A stretch of 64,000 nt of DNA from Adineta vaga (Eukaryota > Animalia > Rotifera), in contig CP075495.1 of the NCBI GenBank assembly GCA_021613535.1, forward strand, positions 10,044,001 through 10,108,000, in the 5' to 3' direction. The position numbers and the translations under genes were made by a program. Every line of letters begins with the position of its first letter. The first letter of the stretch is position 1. This document shows positions 27,401 through 41,173 of the stretch, one piece after another. Under the pieces are notes generated by a model. It was given only the letters and a program-made list of their open reading frames with translations. It was not told the origin of the DNA and did no database searches.

Positions 27401-29137
27401 AATGTACAGATCATACCACGAATTCCTCTGAAGAAAAAGAAAATATTTTCTCTATAGAAGAAAAAGAAAATCAACTTACTGCATCGTGCATACATCAATT
27501 TGAACAGGGACAGAATCAATATGTGCTGCCCAACGGATATGAGCATCTTGAGCAATGAACAATGTATGAGAATGTGTACCAATGATATATCGAACACTTG
27601 AAGCAAAAGAATCAGATTGTTGAACTAAATAGAAAGATCATTAACAATGAATGCAAAAATAATTTGTTTTATTCTGTACAACTCATAGTTTTCATTAATT
27701 TAATACCGAAATATTCTACAAGAATACATTGAAATGAGTTTCAAAGATCATCTTACCATTATTATTATTATTATTATTATTTTCACTGTTATAAACAATA
27801 AATGAACTTGGATTATATTCAAACTTGCTCATAAATATCAATTGTCCATTGTCATTCACACAGAATAGATTTCGTTCACCTAATAGAAATTCATTCAACA
27901 AATCGATTTATTTGAAAAATGAATTATATTAGTTCTCTTACCTAAAACCAAAATTGTTTGTGATGTATTTCTCGTCCGTTGTGTTGTTTGTATTCCAAGT
28001 GCACATTCGCCCAAATTAAATGTCCATTCTGGTAGAATTCGTTTTGATGATTGAGATACAGATAAGGATGACTCATCTTCTACACCTTTACGTCGTACTT
28101 CACTATTATTACTTGATCCATGATCAACGCCACTTGATATTGCCAAAGCTTGATATCTAATCGATCGTTGATATGAATAGAGAACGAATCTTCTCTCGTC
28201 ACTTACTTATAACATTCAAGATGATAATTACTTGAAACAGTTAGAAAAGCATCGGATCGAGATAAGTAACAAAGTGGCCCAGGAAGGTAAGTATTCGGAA
28301 GAGATTTAACCATCGATTGTCGTTCATATTCAAAAACAAATAAGACACCATCAAGTGTTTGAACGCAGATATATTCAGGATTAGTAGAATCTTTGTCTAG
28401 GAAACGATCAATATATTAAATAGAGAGAAAATCAAGATAAATTTTGTTCGTACTTCCTTTTCCACCACTACCGAAATGTCCTTTACACATATTAAATGTT
28501 GGCCGATTTATATTATGTTCATAATTTAATTCTAAATCAATTTGTCGACCATGTTCAGCCATACCCGAATGTTCTAAAATCAAAAACTAATTTTCTTCTT
28601 CTTCTTCTTTTCGATTAATTTCATTTACCATTATAATCATAAACGGAAAGTTTATGAGAAAATAAAACGGCTATTTGATTAGTAGATGATGTACTAAAAT
28701 TAATTAAAATGACCTTAGTTCGAATTAGACATTTTGACTTTTTAGAAAAGAGAGCGAAGAATAAAAATCGAAAGACAAATTGATCATGCATGACGAACGT
28801 TTTTCAAGATGATATTTACCTGATAAAATTTCCAATTTCAATTTGAACAATTGGCATGCCAAGATTTTTTTCCAAAAGTAAATCCGTTGCATGATTATTT
28901 GTTATTGATTCTGGATCTGAATTACTTGGATTATAGATTCGAAGTATTCCCGAATGACTTCCAACGATAATTTTATCTAAAATTCGAAACATATTAACAA
29001 ATAAATTTAAAAATCATAAATCCATTCTTACTATTGGACTCATCATTGAATGAACCAGCTTTTAAACAACCATAATCAAATTGTTCACCTGAACCAACTT
29101 GACAAGACCACCATTCACGTGCTTTAAATAACGACAT
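24485..29137 (-). CDS. BBS9: Bardet-Biedl syndrome 9 protein (PTHB1), multi-exon
   Basis: N-terminus MSLFKAREWWS..EQFDYGCL, plus ICVQTLDGVLFVFE, LPGPL, PEWTFNLGE, LQCCYLGTDP, QFRAIQKRLLNKFKDKTP, GWEETVDAAVNY. Confidence 0.96.
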
Positions 29138-29351
29138 GTTTTTCTACTTCGTAGAAATGATATTACAATGATTTTTCTAGCACCATTATCCAACGATTTC
29201 AGTATGCTATGTTCATTAAGCGTTAGAAAAAACAGAAAGAAACAATCTGAAACACAAAACAAAACTTTTCTTTTTTCTTCTTTACACAGAAACCATAAAT
29301 TTTCTATGACAAACAAACATAACAGAAGAAAAGAAAAAAAAATTCCTTTCT

Positions 29352-30659
29352 TTATTCTTTATCATTTTCATTGGCAAGAAATTGTCGTTTTTTAGTTGTA
29401 TTCATAAATGGACGATATTGCCATTCAGTATCGCAGGCATCTAATTGATCAAAAGTACCTAGTTTAATTTGATACACTAAAAAAAACAAAATGCTCTTTG
29501 CTTCGAAGAAATTTAAAGAAACTATTGCTTACATTTCATTTCAAAACGTGGACCAAGTTCTGTTAATTCAATTTGACCTTCATTTTTCTTGTAGATATGA
29601 TGACTAAAAATGAAATAGAAAGAAATAAAACGAATTCATTTTTTTTTCTTCTTTCTATCGAACCGAAATGAAATGAAATCATCTTGATTCACAAAAGTAA
29701 TTGTTCGATGACTGTCTTCTTTTGGTACAGGAAATAGATATTTCAGAATATTTGTTGTTCGTTGTCCTAATTTTGATGTTAAATTTGAAAATATTAAATG
29801 TGGATATTGTTCAGACATTGGTCCAACATCGGGTACATCATGACGCATAACAACATTACTCAATGAAAATGATGCAGTAGGTCTAAATAATATCGAAATA
29901 AAATAGTTTATATCTTTCCTAAAGTTCTATTTACCCATATGGAAAATGACTGATTTGAATAACGTCTAAAGAAATGGAAATGATGCTAGTTTTTTTTTAA
30001 ATTTCATTCAAAATTAAAACTTAATACTGACCGGGTACACCTCTGGTTTCTTGAACAAGAATAAGATCTGTTACTTGATTACTACGACAAGCTTCGACAA
30101 TTTGTCGTGAATTGTAATTACCACGATTGATACGTTGAGAATTTGGTATCAAACGATTCAGTTCCTAATATTGAATAAAACCATTCAATCTTATTGAAAA
30201 ATAGTCCTTCTCTTTTGAAATTACTTTAGAAAATTGTTTTAATTTCGAACTGGGATCATGTGATGTTGTAATAATTACTTTGGGATCTTCTGCACCAGCC
30301 CAACGATATTCATCATCTTCAGCTGATACGATACCTATTAGAAAAGATATTATCTATTGATAGGTATTCAAATTCTTTTGAAGAAAAAAAAAGAAAACAA
30401 ATCAATCTAACCTTCTCCACCAGCATCATCCCAATCGGTTTGTTGTTGTAATTTTAATGCATCATCTCGAAGATCTGTTGGAATTTTTCTATTTTCTAAA
30501 TAAAGAAAACGAAACAGGTGTTACCACGTCGAAATCAATTTTCTTACCATCAATCGCTTGTTTGAGTCGATTCTTTTTATCTTCGATTGTTTTTTGTCGT
30601 TGTTCAATCGACTTCTTATAGATATATTCTCGTCTTAAACGTGCTTGTCTTCTCAACAT
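29352..30659 (-). CDS. IMP4: U3 snoRNP protein IMP4 (Brix domain), multi-exon
   Basis: [80 protein letters not shown]. Confidence 0.97.
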
Positions 30660-30802
30660 CTGAAAAGGAGAATTTGAATTCTTTTTTTTCTTCTTTTATC
30701 AACTGATTTTATTAAAAAATAATAAAAGAAACGAAACTTGATCGTTTATTTCAAAAGAAAAGAAAGATGAACGCAACTATGCATTTGTTTTTTGTTTTGT
30801 TA

Positions 30803-31837
30803 TCACGGTCGATTACGATTTTGTCGACGATATCTATCTCGACCATTGACGAGCGTTAAATCTTCATGAAGAATTTCATCTAATGTGAAACCACATGAAT
30901 TTAAAATATTGAAATGATTATTTAATTGTTCAATACGATCTTTACCAAGTTTATTAAAAACTTCACGTAATAATCGTAATGAACGATTTCGATGAAACAT
31001 TATTAAACATTGCTGCTCATCACCAGGCCAACGGTCATCAATATCTTGTAATTGAGTAAAGTACATTGGACATCGTTTTGGATTGGTATCCCAATTATAA
31101 TTATGATCAAATATTCCATTCGTTCCATTTGGTGATTTGTCACAATCTTCAAGTCGTTTCCCACAGAAATAACACCAAATTTGCGAACAAGTTGGACATG
31201 TCATATGTGTGCAAGAATCATCTTTCATGCCGGCAAGTCCACATTTTGGACAGGAAAGTTTTTGACCATTTTCAACAGCTGAATCAAATTCCTGTTTATC
31301 ATCAGCTAATGCGACACATGTAAAATGTTTAAAGATTTCATGCTCATCATCAGCATAATCATTCACAATTTCGGGTAGAGCTTTTCTACATATCAAACAC
31401 GATGTTTTTTTACATTCGGCACGTTCACAAAAGAGAAAACTTCTGTCGTAAATACTACGTATAACAGCAAAACTACAAAATGGACAATTATCTAACCGTT
31501 CTTCGGGACCAACAAGTTCCTTAGCCCAAACCAATGCAAGCATATTTTGATTGTAAAATTCAAGTTGATCTGGTGTTAATTGTCGTTCAAATACACTGGT
31601 ATTCAGTTCGACATGACATTCAACACAACGCAAAGGAATATAGAGTTGAGGATCAGAGAAAAACAAACTGACGATATTTTTCGAACATTCAGTACAAAAA
31701 TGATGTCCTTGTATACATTGTACTCCAGGATGATCAGGTTCTAAATCGCAACCACATGCTCCACAGATTATTTTTTTCTTCTCTTTTGTATTGGATGACG
31801 CTGTTGATTTTACATCTTCTTTCGGGGTCGACGGCAT
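30803..31837 (-). CDS. RBR (RING-IBR-RING) E3 ubiquitin ligase, intronless
   Basis: RING1 (CGAC..C..HHFCTEC..CVEC), IBR (CPFC..CERAEC..CLIC..H..C), RING2 (CPKC..KDDSCTHMTCPTC..WCYFC). Confidence 0.88.
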   Translation of the reverse strand: MPSTPKEDVKSTASSNTKEKKKIICGACGCDLEPDHPGVQCIQGHHFCTECSKNIVSLFFSDPQLYIPLRCVECHVELNTSVFERQLTPDQLEFYNQNMLALVWAKELVGPEERLDNCPFCSFAVIRSIYDRSFLFCERAECKKTSCLICRKALPEIVNDYADDEHEIFKHFTCVALADDKQEFDSAVENGQKLSCPKCGLAGMKDDSCTHMTCPTCSQIWCYFCGKRLEDCDKSPNGTNGIFDHNYNWDTNPKRCPMYFTQLQDIDDRWPGDEQQCLIMFHRNRSLRLLREVFNKLGKDRIEQLNNHFNILNSCGFTLDEILHEDLTLVNGRDRYRRQNRNRP

Positions 31838-32245
31838 TTTATTTTTCGATAATGAAGTAGAAGTACGTTGGTAAAGGAAAAAGTAAATATGTGTGAAGGT
31901 AGGAAATAAAAAGTAAAGAACGACTTGTTTTTTTTTTAAAAGAGAAAAAGAAACGAGACGCTGAAAAAGAAAAGAAAGAAAAACTAAGATTCAATGCATC
32001 ACTCTTTCTCCCTCTTCTTTCTTATTTCGCGTAATCTAGAAGTTTTAAGTTGTCTGACGCAATTACAATCAAAATTACTTACCTGAATAAATAGATAGTA
32101 AGGTAAAAGTAATTCATAAACGAGTTTCTTATTTTTTATTATTTTCTATCATTCATAATATTTGTATCACAATACGAATTATCATTGCTTATTTTTTTAC
32201 TTTGTCTAGGTAAAAAATTTTATCATCATTGAAATTATTGATTCA

Positions 32246-33772
32246 TCATGTTACTGTATTGTCACCGTACATAGTTACAACACCAAAAGATAATACTGAG
32301 CCAACAAAAGTACCGGAAGTAAATGCCTTAATATGATAAAAATTCATTGATATTATTCACATGCATTCTCATAAAAGAAATTCTTCAATTATCTTACCAT
32401 CGTCATTAATGCTCCCACAGTACTTGTTAGTTGTATATGTACTCGTCGTGGTGCGTATATCATATTAAGAGAATTACAATATCCATGTGATATAGCGAAT
32501 ATTAACATTAATATCGAATAGATAGCATCATGTTTAAATAGATATGGAAATCCATTCGAATTCGGAAAATGACAAAAACCAAATAGAATTATGAAAAGAA
32601 ATCTTGATAAACATATGAAAAATAGAAGACGTGGATATAATAATGATGGTTTATGAAGTTTTAAAGATATCATTCTTCCAAATGTATCACCGAGATAAAA
32701 TAAAAGAAATGTCATTACTTGAGCATATAATCGAACAGTCCATAATGGATTTGGATAATCTATGGATGGATATGCTGGTTGAATTTTCGATAAATATGCT
32801 GGAAATAATGATAATGTCGAAACAAATGTTAAAAATACACTGAAAAAATTCCATTTGATATGTTTATATGCTACATATAAACGTTCTCGTACACCTAAGA
32901 GTGAAATATTTAGCGTTTGATGATAATCATCATTGTATGATGATGATTCATGAAAGAATGCTTCATATTCATTGTTAATCTCTTGTACTGCTGATGAATA
33001 GATTTGAAAAAGATGAGATTTTTCCAAGAAGAAATAAATAATTATATTTGATATTAAAACTAATATTGCAAGAAAAAAATAAATTGTTGCAGAAGTTGAT
33101 ATATTGCTTGAAAGTAAGAGCGATATTATAGAACATATAACAACAAATACACCACCAAGTGCTTGACCAGAAATAAATCCTATTTACAAAGAAGAAAGAA
33201 AAACAATTCTATATTTCATTTTCAAAACTTCGACATTCTTTTGCTTATCTAAATAAGAAAATTCTACCTTGTATATATCGACTAGGTAATGTTGATGCTA
33301 ATGAAAAGAAACAATTTAATAGTATTGCACTACAGACACTTTGTATCATGACAAGTACCATTGTTATAGCAAAGAATATTGCACGCCATTTTTTAACATT
33401 GATAAGAGTAAATGCAAAACAAGTAAGTAAACATAGAGTTATACCAGTTAAAGATGTATAGATTCGATATTTATGAATATATGGTACATAAATAAATGTG
33501 ACAAGAATAACGGTAAGAAAATTTGTTAATGATGCACATATTGTCACTGAATTTTCATAGAAAAATTCTAGATGAGACATCGATATATTCGATGATGGAT
33601 CATGTAGTTTATGACGAAAATACGGATCAGCTGTAATGAAAAAGTTAAATGGTAAAGTCGTGCCTAAACCAAGCCAAATAAATGCAATATACGACCAAGT
33701 ACCATGATAGATAGATCCAATTAAAGGTGTTGTTGCAGCACTTGAACGAGGTAAATCAAGTGAATTATCCAT
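32246..33772 (-). CDS. Equilibrative nucleoside transporter (SLC29 family), 3 coding exons
   Basis: LGLGTTLPFNFFITADPYF, ISGQALGG, LTFVSTLSLFPA, GDTFGR, ISHGY..MIYAP; multiple TM segments. Confidence 0.92.
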
Positions 33773-34093
33773 TGAATCTGTAAAATAAAATCTATAAACT
33801 TATTAAATCATTCATTTTCATAAGAAATATCTAGAAAAAAAAGAAGAAGTTTTTCTTTATGTTGTTTTAATGCAATAAATAGGTCAATTTGAGCATTCAT
33901 TTAACATCTATTTCATTCTTAATATACATATACAAATGCAAAGAAAAATGAATGTTCATATATGCACATTTAGATGAAAATTTCATAGAGACTTTGGTTA
34001 CAACATTTTCTTGTTGTTTTTTTTTCACAGAAAAATAAGAAGACATGAACAATAGATGATTGTCGAAAAGAATTCTCAGACAAAACAAAAGAT

Positions 34094-34748
34094 CTATCGT
34101 TTTATTCGTGATGCAATCCAATCTAAACCTTGATATAAACCTTCACCAGTTAATGCACAACAGGCTTGAATATGCCAAGCTTGATCTTTAATAGATGTCA
34201 AACATAATTGTTTGGATATTTCAGCAGATGTCATTGCATCTTTAATATCTTGTTTATTTGCAAGAATTAAAACTGATGCTGAACGTAAATCTTCACTTTG
34301 TAACATATGAAATAATTCTTCTTTTGATAGGGGTAAACGTTCACGATCTGTACTATCAATAACTAGAATAACATATTCTGTATGTGCATAATAAGTTTGC
34401 CAAGATGAACGTAATGATTCTTGTCCACCAATATCCATCATAAGAAAATGAATATTTTTAAAAACAACTTCTTCGACATTGGAACCGATTGTTGGAGATG
34501 TATGCACAACTTCATTCATTAAAAATTGATAGAGTATTGTTGTTTTACCTTCAAAAAAGAAACGATACACATAAAGGATTTTCTAGAAGAAGAAAAAACA
34601 TCGATTGATCTTACCAGCATTGTCAAGACCAACAATAATGATTTTATGTTCTTCATTTCCTATTTTAGAAAAAAAGAATTTTTGGAAAATAAACAATTTA
34701 TATTATCTTACCGAAAAGTGCCCATAATTTCGAAAATAAAAATCCCAT
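34094..34748 (-). CDS. ARL5: ADP-ribosylation factor-like GTPase 5, 3 coding exons
   Basis: [77 protein letters not shown]. Confidence 0.96.
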
Positions 34749-37135
34749 GGCTAATCTAAGTAATTTAATTTAAATATACATATAAAAATAATATTTTTCC
34801 TAATAGAACAGAAATAAAATAAACATTGAGTATCTGAAAAGAAAAAATGATTTAAAGATCACACACAAATGCAGATGATGTATATATATATATATATATA
34901 ATATATACGAGCGAGAGAGGAAGAAAATGCCAGTACGTTTTTTGTATGACAACGAGTAGCTAGTGAAAAGGACGAGGTGACGATAACTTCACTTCAATCA
35001 TTTACTTATCACAACATAACAATAGAGAGTAGAAAAGGTAAAAGAAATTTTCTTTTCGTGATGAATCTTCGATTGGATGATCTACAAATCAATAGATGCT
35101 TTTTTTCATGAAAACATGAGATTAATGCGACATCTAGCGTTTGAATCAAAAGAAAGAAAAGTACTTCATTCTTACAATCGATTTATTATTGATTATATAT
35201 TTGCAAATATCTAATTGTTCTAAATAACTTCTTTCGAAAAAAACAGCTCATATTATCTATATGGATTAACATTTGAATACAAAAATTTCAAGGAGAACTT
35301 GACTAAATAGTAACGAAAAAAGAGATTGTTATACATATTACATAATGAAAATAACTTCTTCAAATATCGAAAGTTTGTCATGTAAATGATTTTTTAAAGG
35401 TCTTTCTTGAAACAATATTCATCTTTTATTTTTCCAACAATACAAATGAAAGAAAAAACCAAACATTTAAATGATCGTTCATATTACATAAAAAAAGACT
35501 TCACTTTTATTGAATATCAAATCAGACTTTCTTCTTACACAATCAATGAAAAGAATTCATTGCGTACGAATAATACAATTGAAAATAACACTATGAATTG
35601 AATTGCACCATTGTTTTACACGATACAATTTCCAGTGTACATGAAAATTGAATAAAGATGTTTTCATCAATTGTTCCTTTTTAGTACTAATTTGATTTTC
35701 GAAAGTTGAATATTTCGAAGTGAAATTATTTCTCACTATTGCATTTCCTAAACATAATGAAAACAAAGAAGATTAAGGAACGAGATATTCTTTGAATTTA
35801 TCTACGTACTTGTTCCATGTTTATACAAGCTTTGTTTCGTATAAAATTTGGATGTTTGTTCAAAAGAAGTTATCGGCGATCGTTCATAAATTGTTGGATT
35901 AATATTCTTTAAAATAAATAAATGTGAAGACAATGATCAAATGAATCATTCTTACATTTTTCGAATGAAATGTAAAGTTAAATACAACAATTTTTGATTT
36001 TACATGCATGTTGATATATGTATTCTTTCTCAAAGCTTTCTTCTTTTCTTATATAGAAGATTTCTGAATTACAATGACACATAAGTATTTATATGTAGAG
36101 AAGAGGATAGAAGATGAACGTGAGTGGTAAACTTCATCACGCGAACTTCATCAAATATACAAAGTAAAAATATCGAGGATGAAATAAACGATTATTTAGA
36201 GGCGTAGAACATTCTATGTTGTTATGCAAACATGAAATCATGTGCTTTGGAGGATTGAGAATACAAAACAAGACAAATGATTATCTCGTTTTTCTATAAA
36301 TTCATAACGAATAGTTAATCTTTATCTTTCAGAATTTCTACGCAAAAAAAAAATCTATCAATTGAAATTCAATTTAAAAAACAAACAAATGTTGATTCTA
36401 ATCTACAGAAAATAGTTTAATGCCGTATGTATATATTTAACTATTTCAGATTCTGAATAAACAATGAAATATTTACGTATGTGCTAAATGTATGTCATAC
36501 AAAGTCTATCGCTAGAAAGTATTCTGTTATCTCGAACTGAATTTAGAACGTGTAGGAAGTATAAAACAAATCTGTTGATTCCTAGGAGTATTCTGTCTCA
36601 TTTACTATTCAGAATATGGTGACAATTTATTGTACTGAACTATCATTATATGTTGACATAAAATAAGCTAGAAATATTTACGATCTTTTTATTCTCTGGA
36701 AAAAACCAATGTCATAGGTACTACTCTCATGTTTTTAATCTAAACTGAGAACATTCAAGTAACAATTAAATACAAACTTCTATGAGATATTAATGAATTA
36801 ATTATGCGTATAAGTCATGTTCAAGTGTTTATACGATATTCATTTACCTTAGAAAAAGAACAGATTACCTTTGCTAAACATGATACTTGATATTATTCAT
36901 GCTGATATTCTATCTTCTTATTCATCTCAAAGATCGAGATGATAAACATGTTGACAGAAATCTTATTCAACATGCATTTTTGTCAAAATATTAACGACAA
37001 CAACCGGATACAATTATCGGATTATATTGCTTCTCTTTTACATAACGTTTCCATTAATTTTTTTCTTTTTCGAATAATATAACTAAAAAAATACACTCAT
37101 TATAAAGAAATCTACAATTGTTTTTGCTATGTATG

Positions 37136-40100
37136 TTAAACAGTTGTCATCTTTAGTTCAATATCATTATTGTCATATGTACTGTTGAAATGATCATCGA
37201 AATCAATGGGCATAAAATCATCACTTGTACTAAGTGCTGTATATGTATATGTATTTGTTAACGCACGATTATGTTCCGTATTCGCACGTGTCGTTGAATC
37301 AATTGATGATGATGAATGAGAATATGTTGATGAAGCAAGAATAATAACTGGTTTGATATTTGGTATTGCTTTTAAACTTCTGTAATGATATGTTGTGGAA
37401 TTATTTTCATAGATATTTTTCGTTTCACATGGTAATGGTGTTGAACTATATTTTCCATTTGTTGATGAAGTGGAACTTTGAGAATGATATCGATTGGTTT
37501 TAATTAATGATAAAGCACGATTTTGTTTGGTTTTCTTTTGTATACAATCAATAAAACATAAAACCATCGTTAAGATAACGATAAACATTAGAATCGATGA
37601 ACCAATAAATACGGCAAACATTTGTTTACGTGTTGCTAGAGAAGCGATCGATGAAGGATATTGAAAAACAGGAGAATACATTGATGTTGATGGCGAAACA
37701 GAATATGCATGAGCCATTCGTTTACCTTGTTGAAATTCTTCAGTAACGAGACGCTAAAGATAGAAAAAAGAAATACATATTTCGAAAGGTCTTAAACGAA
37801 TAATAGATTTCTTCTTATATGATATGATTCAATGGAATAATTCTCATTCGTATAATTATTCTTTTACGAAAGAAAGAAAATGACGTCTTCCTATGGAATA
37901 ATTTAGGATATTATAGCACTCAATATAACTCATCTATATATTTATATCTAGTTGAATGTTATATGATTTCATTGAATAAATGAATAACCAAAGTAATTTT
38001 TATTTTCCTCTCTAAAAATATCTATTGAATAGATACTAATTTAGATATTTTCATCAGTATGTTTTTAAGAGCTCATTACACGAAACAATCTCTCTGTGCT
38101 ATGGTTAATGTGCCATCATGATACCTCGAAATTTAGAAATAGAAGATTTTTAGGAATCAAATTAACATTGAATCAATGAGTTTAACATCGTTTCCATTAA
38201 ACTGACAACTTACCAGGGATGTATCTTCATAATTATTATTTTTCACAATTGTAATCCAATCTGTTGTATTTGAACCGATAAAAAGGCGTAAAGTTTCGAC
38301 GATAAGACATGGTGTCGGTTGACCTTGATCACGTATTTGTACATGTAAAAGAATTAATGAATTGTCCACAATTATATTTGAATTTGTTTGAACACTCAAT
38401 GTTCCATTTAATGATAGATGAATATATTCTGGTGATGTTACAGGTGATAATTCAAATGTGACATTTCCATTCGAATCTTTATCATTATCGGTTGCAATTA
38501 AATGAATAAGAAAAAGTTTAGGTGTTAAATCTCGATTAATTATAATAAATGATGATTCAATATGTAATTGTGGACAATGATCATTTTCGTCGAGTATTTC
38601 AATTGATATTGAGAGATTTGTCGATTGTCGAGGATTACCATGATCAGATATAATTAAAAATAATGGATAGAATGAACGTATTTCACGATCGATTGAACCA
38701 TTTATTGAAATAGTTATAAATGTTATTGACTAGAAAACACAGAATCAAAATTAGAATTATTTATTTTCTTTTACGACGTATTACCTGAGAAATATTACTC
38801 TGTTGAGTAACTATTTCGAATGGAATATCAAAGAATGCCCAATGAGGATAGATACTAATTCGTCCATTTTGTTCATCTATATCATCATCACGACATGATA
38901 CTGTACCAATGACAGTTCCAATGGCACTATTTTCTCTAATTGACCAGGATATATTTTCGTGAATATCACATACAGGAGAATATTCATTTCGACTAATAAC
39001 TGTAAATTTGATTATCCCTTGAGATGATAATGATGGTGTACCTTTTTAAAATCAAAATAAATTCTTATATAACCTTCAATATTGCATAGATCTACTTTTT
39101 CAAATGTTAATAATGATCCTTTTCTTTTTTTTGTATCAAACGAGATTTAAAGGTTAATCTTTTTTTGCATACAAAGAATTCGACTCCTGTCATCCTTGTG
39201 ATATTCGAGAATTTTATTCATTTAATACAATTTTCTCATGTTAATTAATTCAAACATCTTTCTCAAAAAAAAAACAGTTGAATGACTCTTATGACATTTC
39301 ATGTTTTTTTCTTTTCTTTCGACTAATTATTCATTACTTCATTAAACATAAGTAAAATCATGTTTCATTTCATCGCGAAAGATTAACACGAAACTGACAT
39401 TCATAAGTAATATGAACTACCTTTATCTTTTGCTTCAACTTGTAATATATAAGTATCTTGTTGTTTTCGATCGAATTCGACCATTGCTCGAATAATTCCA
39501 CTTTTTGAATCCATTTGAAAGAGATTATCATCATTATTTATAATTGAATAAATAATTTCTCCATTCATACCTTGATCATAATCAATTGCTTGTAAATGAT
39601 AGATATCATAACCATTATTATTTGTTAATTTAACATGTTCATTGATAGTTGCTGACATATTATGTTCAGGAAATTTCGGTATATTATCATTTTCATCGAG
39701 AATAAAGATATTTATATTTATATACGTTGATTTTGATAAAGGTCGTCCATGATCAGTTGCTTCTAATGTAAAATTATATTTCTCAATCTGTTCACGATCG
39801 AGTAATTCTTTCGTACGTAATTCACCTGTATTTTCTGTTAAACGAATTAATTCAAATGGAATTAAAGATGTTTGAAGAAGTTTCCAAGTAATACGACCAT
39901 TATCACCGGTATCTCGATCGGTAATCGATAATGATAATACAAGTGAATTAATCGATATTGATTCATTTAAGAAAATGTCAACTGAATTATTAGATGAATT
40001 TTTTATACTATTCGGATATATATCAATTATGGGTGAATTATCATTTTCATCTAATATATGAATTAATACTCTAGAAGAAATATAAAAAATCGATTGAGTC

Positions 40101-41173
40101 ATATTATATTGATGATACTTACATGCAAAAATCTGTTTTATAACCTTCACCTCGATCTCTTGCTTCAATTTCTAGTCGATGTGTTGCTTTACTTTCATAA
40201 TCTAGAGAAGATTTAATACGAATATCACCAGTGATTTGATCAATTTCAAATGAATTATCTTGATTAATTAAATAATAATTAATTTCACTATTAATTCCTT
40301 CGTCATCATCCGTTGCATGTACATGACTCACAATTGAACCAATCTGTAATGTTTCACTTACATTATTTAGAATATAAATTGGTTGATCAAATTTTGGTGC
40401 ACAATCATTAATATCATCGATTATAATCGAAACATGTAATACACCTGTATGATTACTACCATCACGAGCAATAATATCGAATTGATATGATGAAATCAAT
40501 TCACGATCAAGTTTTTGTTCAACAACAAGTGACAAATCACTACGTAATAGATCATAACGAAGAGAAAATGGAAGTGCTGTTGTTGAAACAATTGAATAAC
40601 CTTTAATATATATAAAACAAACTAATCGATAGTCTTAATGGATTGGTTGTACTTACCAATAATACTATTATTTCCTTGATCTTGATCTACAGCTGCTTCT
40701 AATTTAATCATTGCACCTATTTGTGCATGTTCAACAATAGTTAAATTCAATCGATTATTGGTAAATGTTGGTTTATGATCGTTTCGATCGAGAATTCGTA
40801 TAGTAATCAATTCAATATTGAATTGTTCACTATTAATAAGAATTTCTAATTCTAAATCACACCATGTATCACAACGACAACGACGTAATCGACATAGTTC
40901 ATCTCGATCGATTTCTTTTTGTATTGTTAGAATTCCACGTGTCGAATGATTAATTATGAAATACATATAAGGAAATTCATCACGTTTAGCTAAACTAAAA
41001 TCCACATTAATACTATCCGAGAAATTTTTTGGAAAGAATAAGCGTCGAAGATTGATCACTTCGGTTTGAACAGGTGATTTTTCTTTTGTACGAATAAGAA
41101 AACGATCATCTTGTTGACACTTACAACAAGAGAACATTATTAATATGAAGAAAATAATAATAAACGAAGGCAT
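37136..41173 (-). CDS. Protocadherin (signal peptide, ~6 cadherin repeats, TM, Ser-rich tail), 6 coding exons
   Basis: Repeated DxNDxxP, LDRE/LDYE and AxDxDxGxNG motifs; EC1 IDRDELC..C; TM segment MFAVFIGSSILMFIVILTMVLCFI. Confidence 0.9.

Noticed and set aside
31066-32843. Plus-strand ORFs overlapping the RBR and ENT genes, and similar shadow ORFs elsewhere
   Set aside because: Antisense or alternate-frame shadows of well-supported genes, with no independent coding signal.
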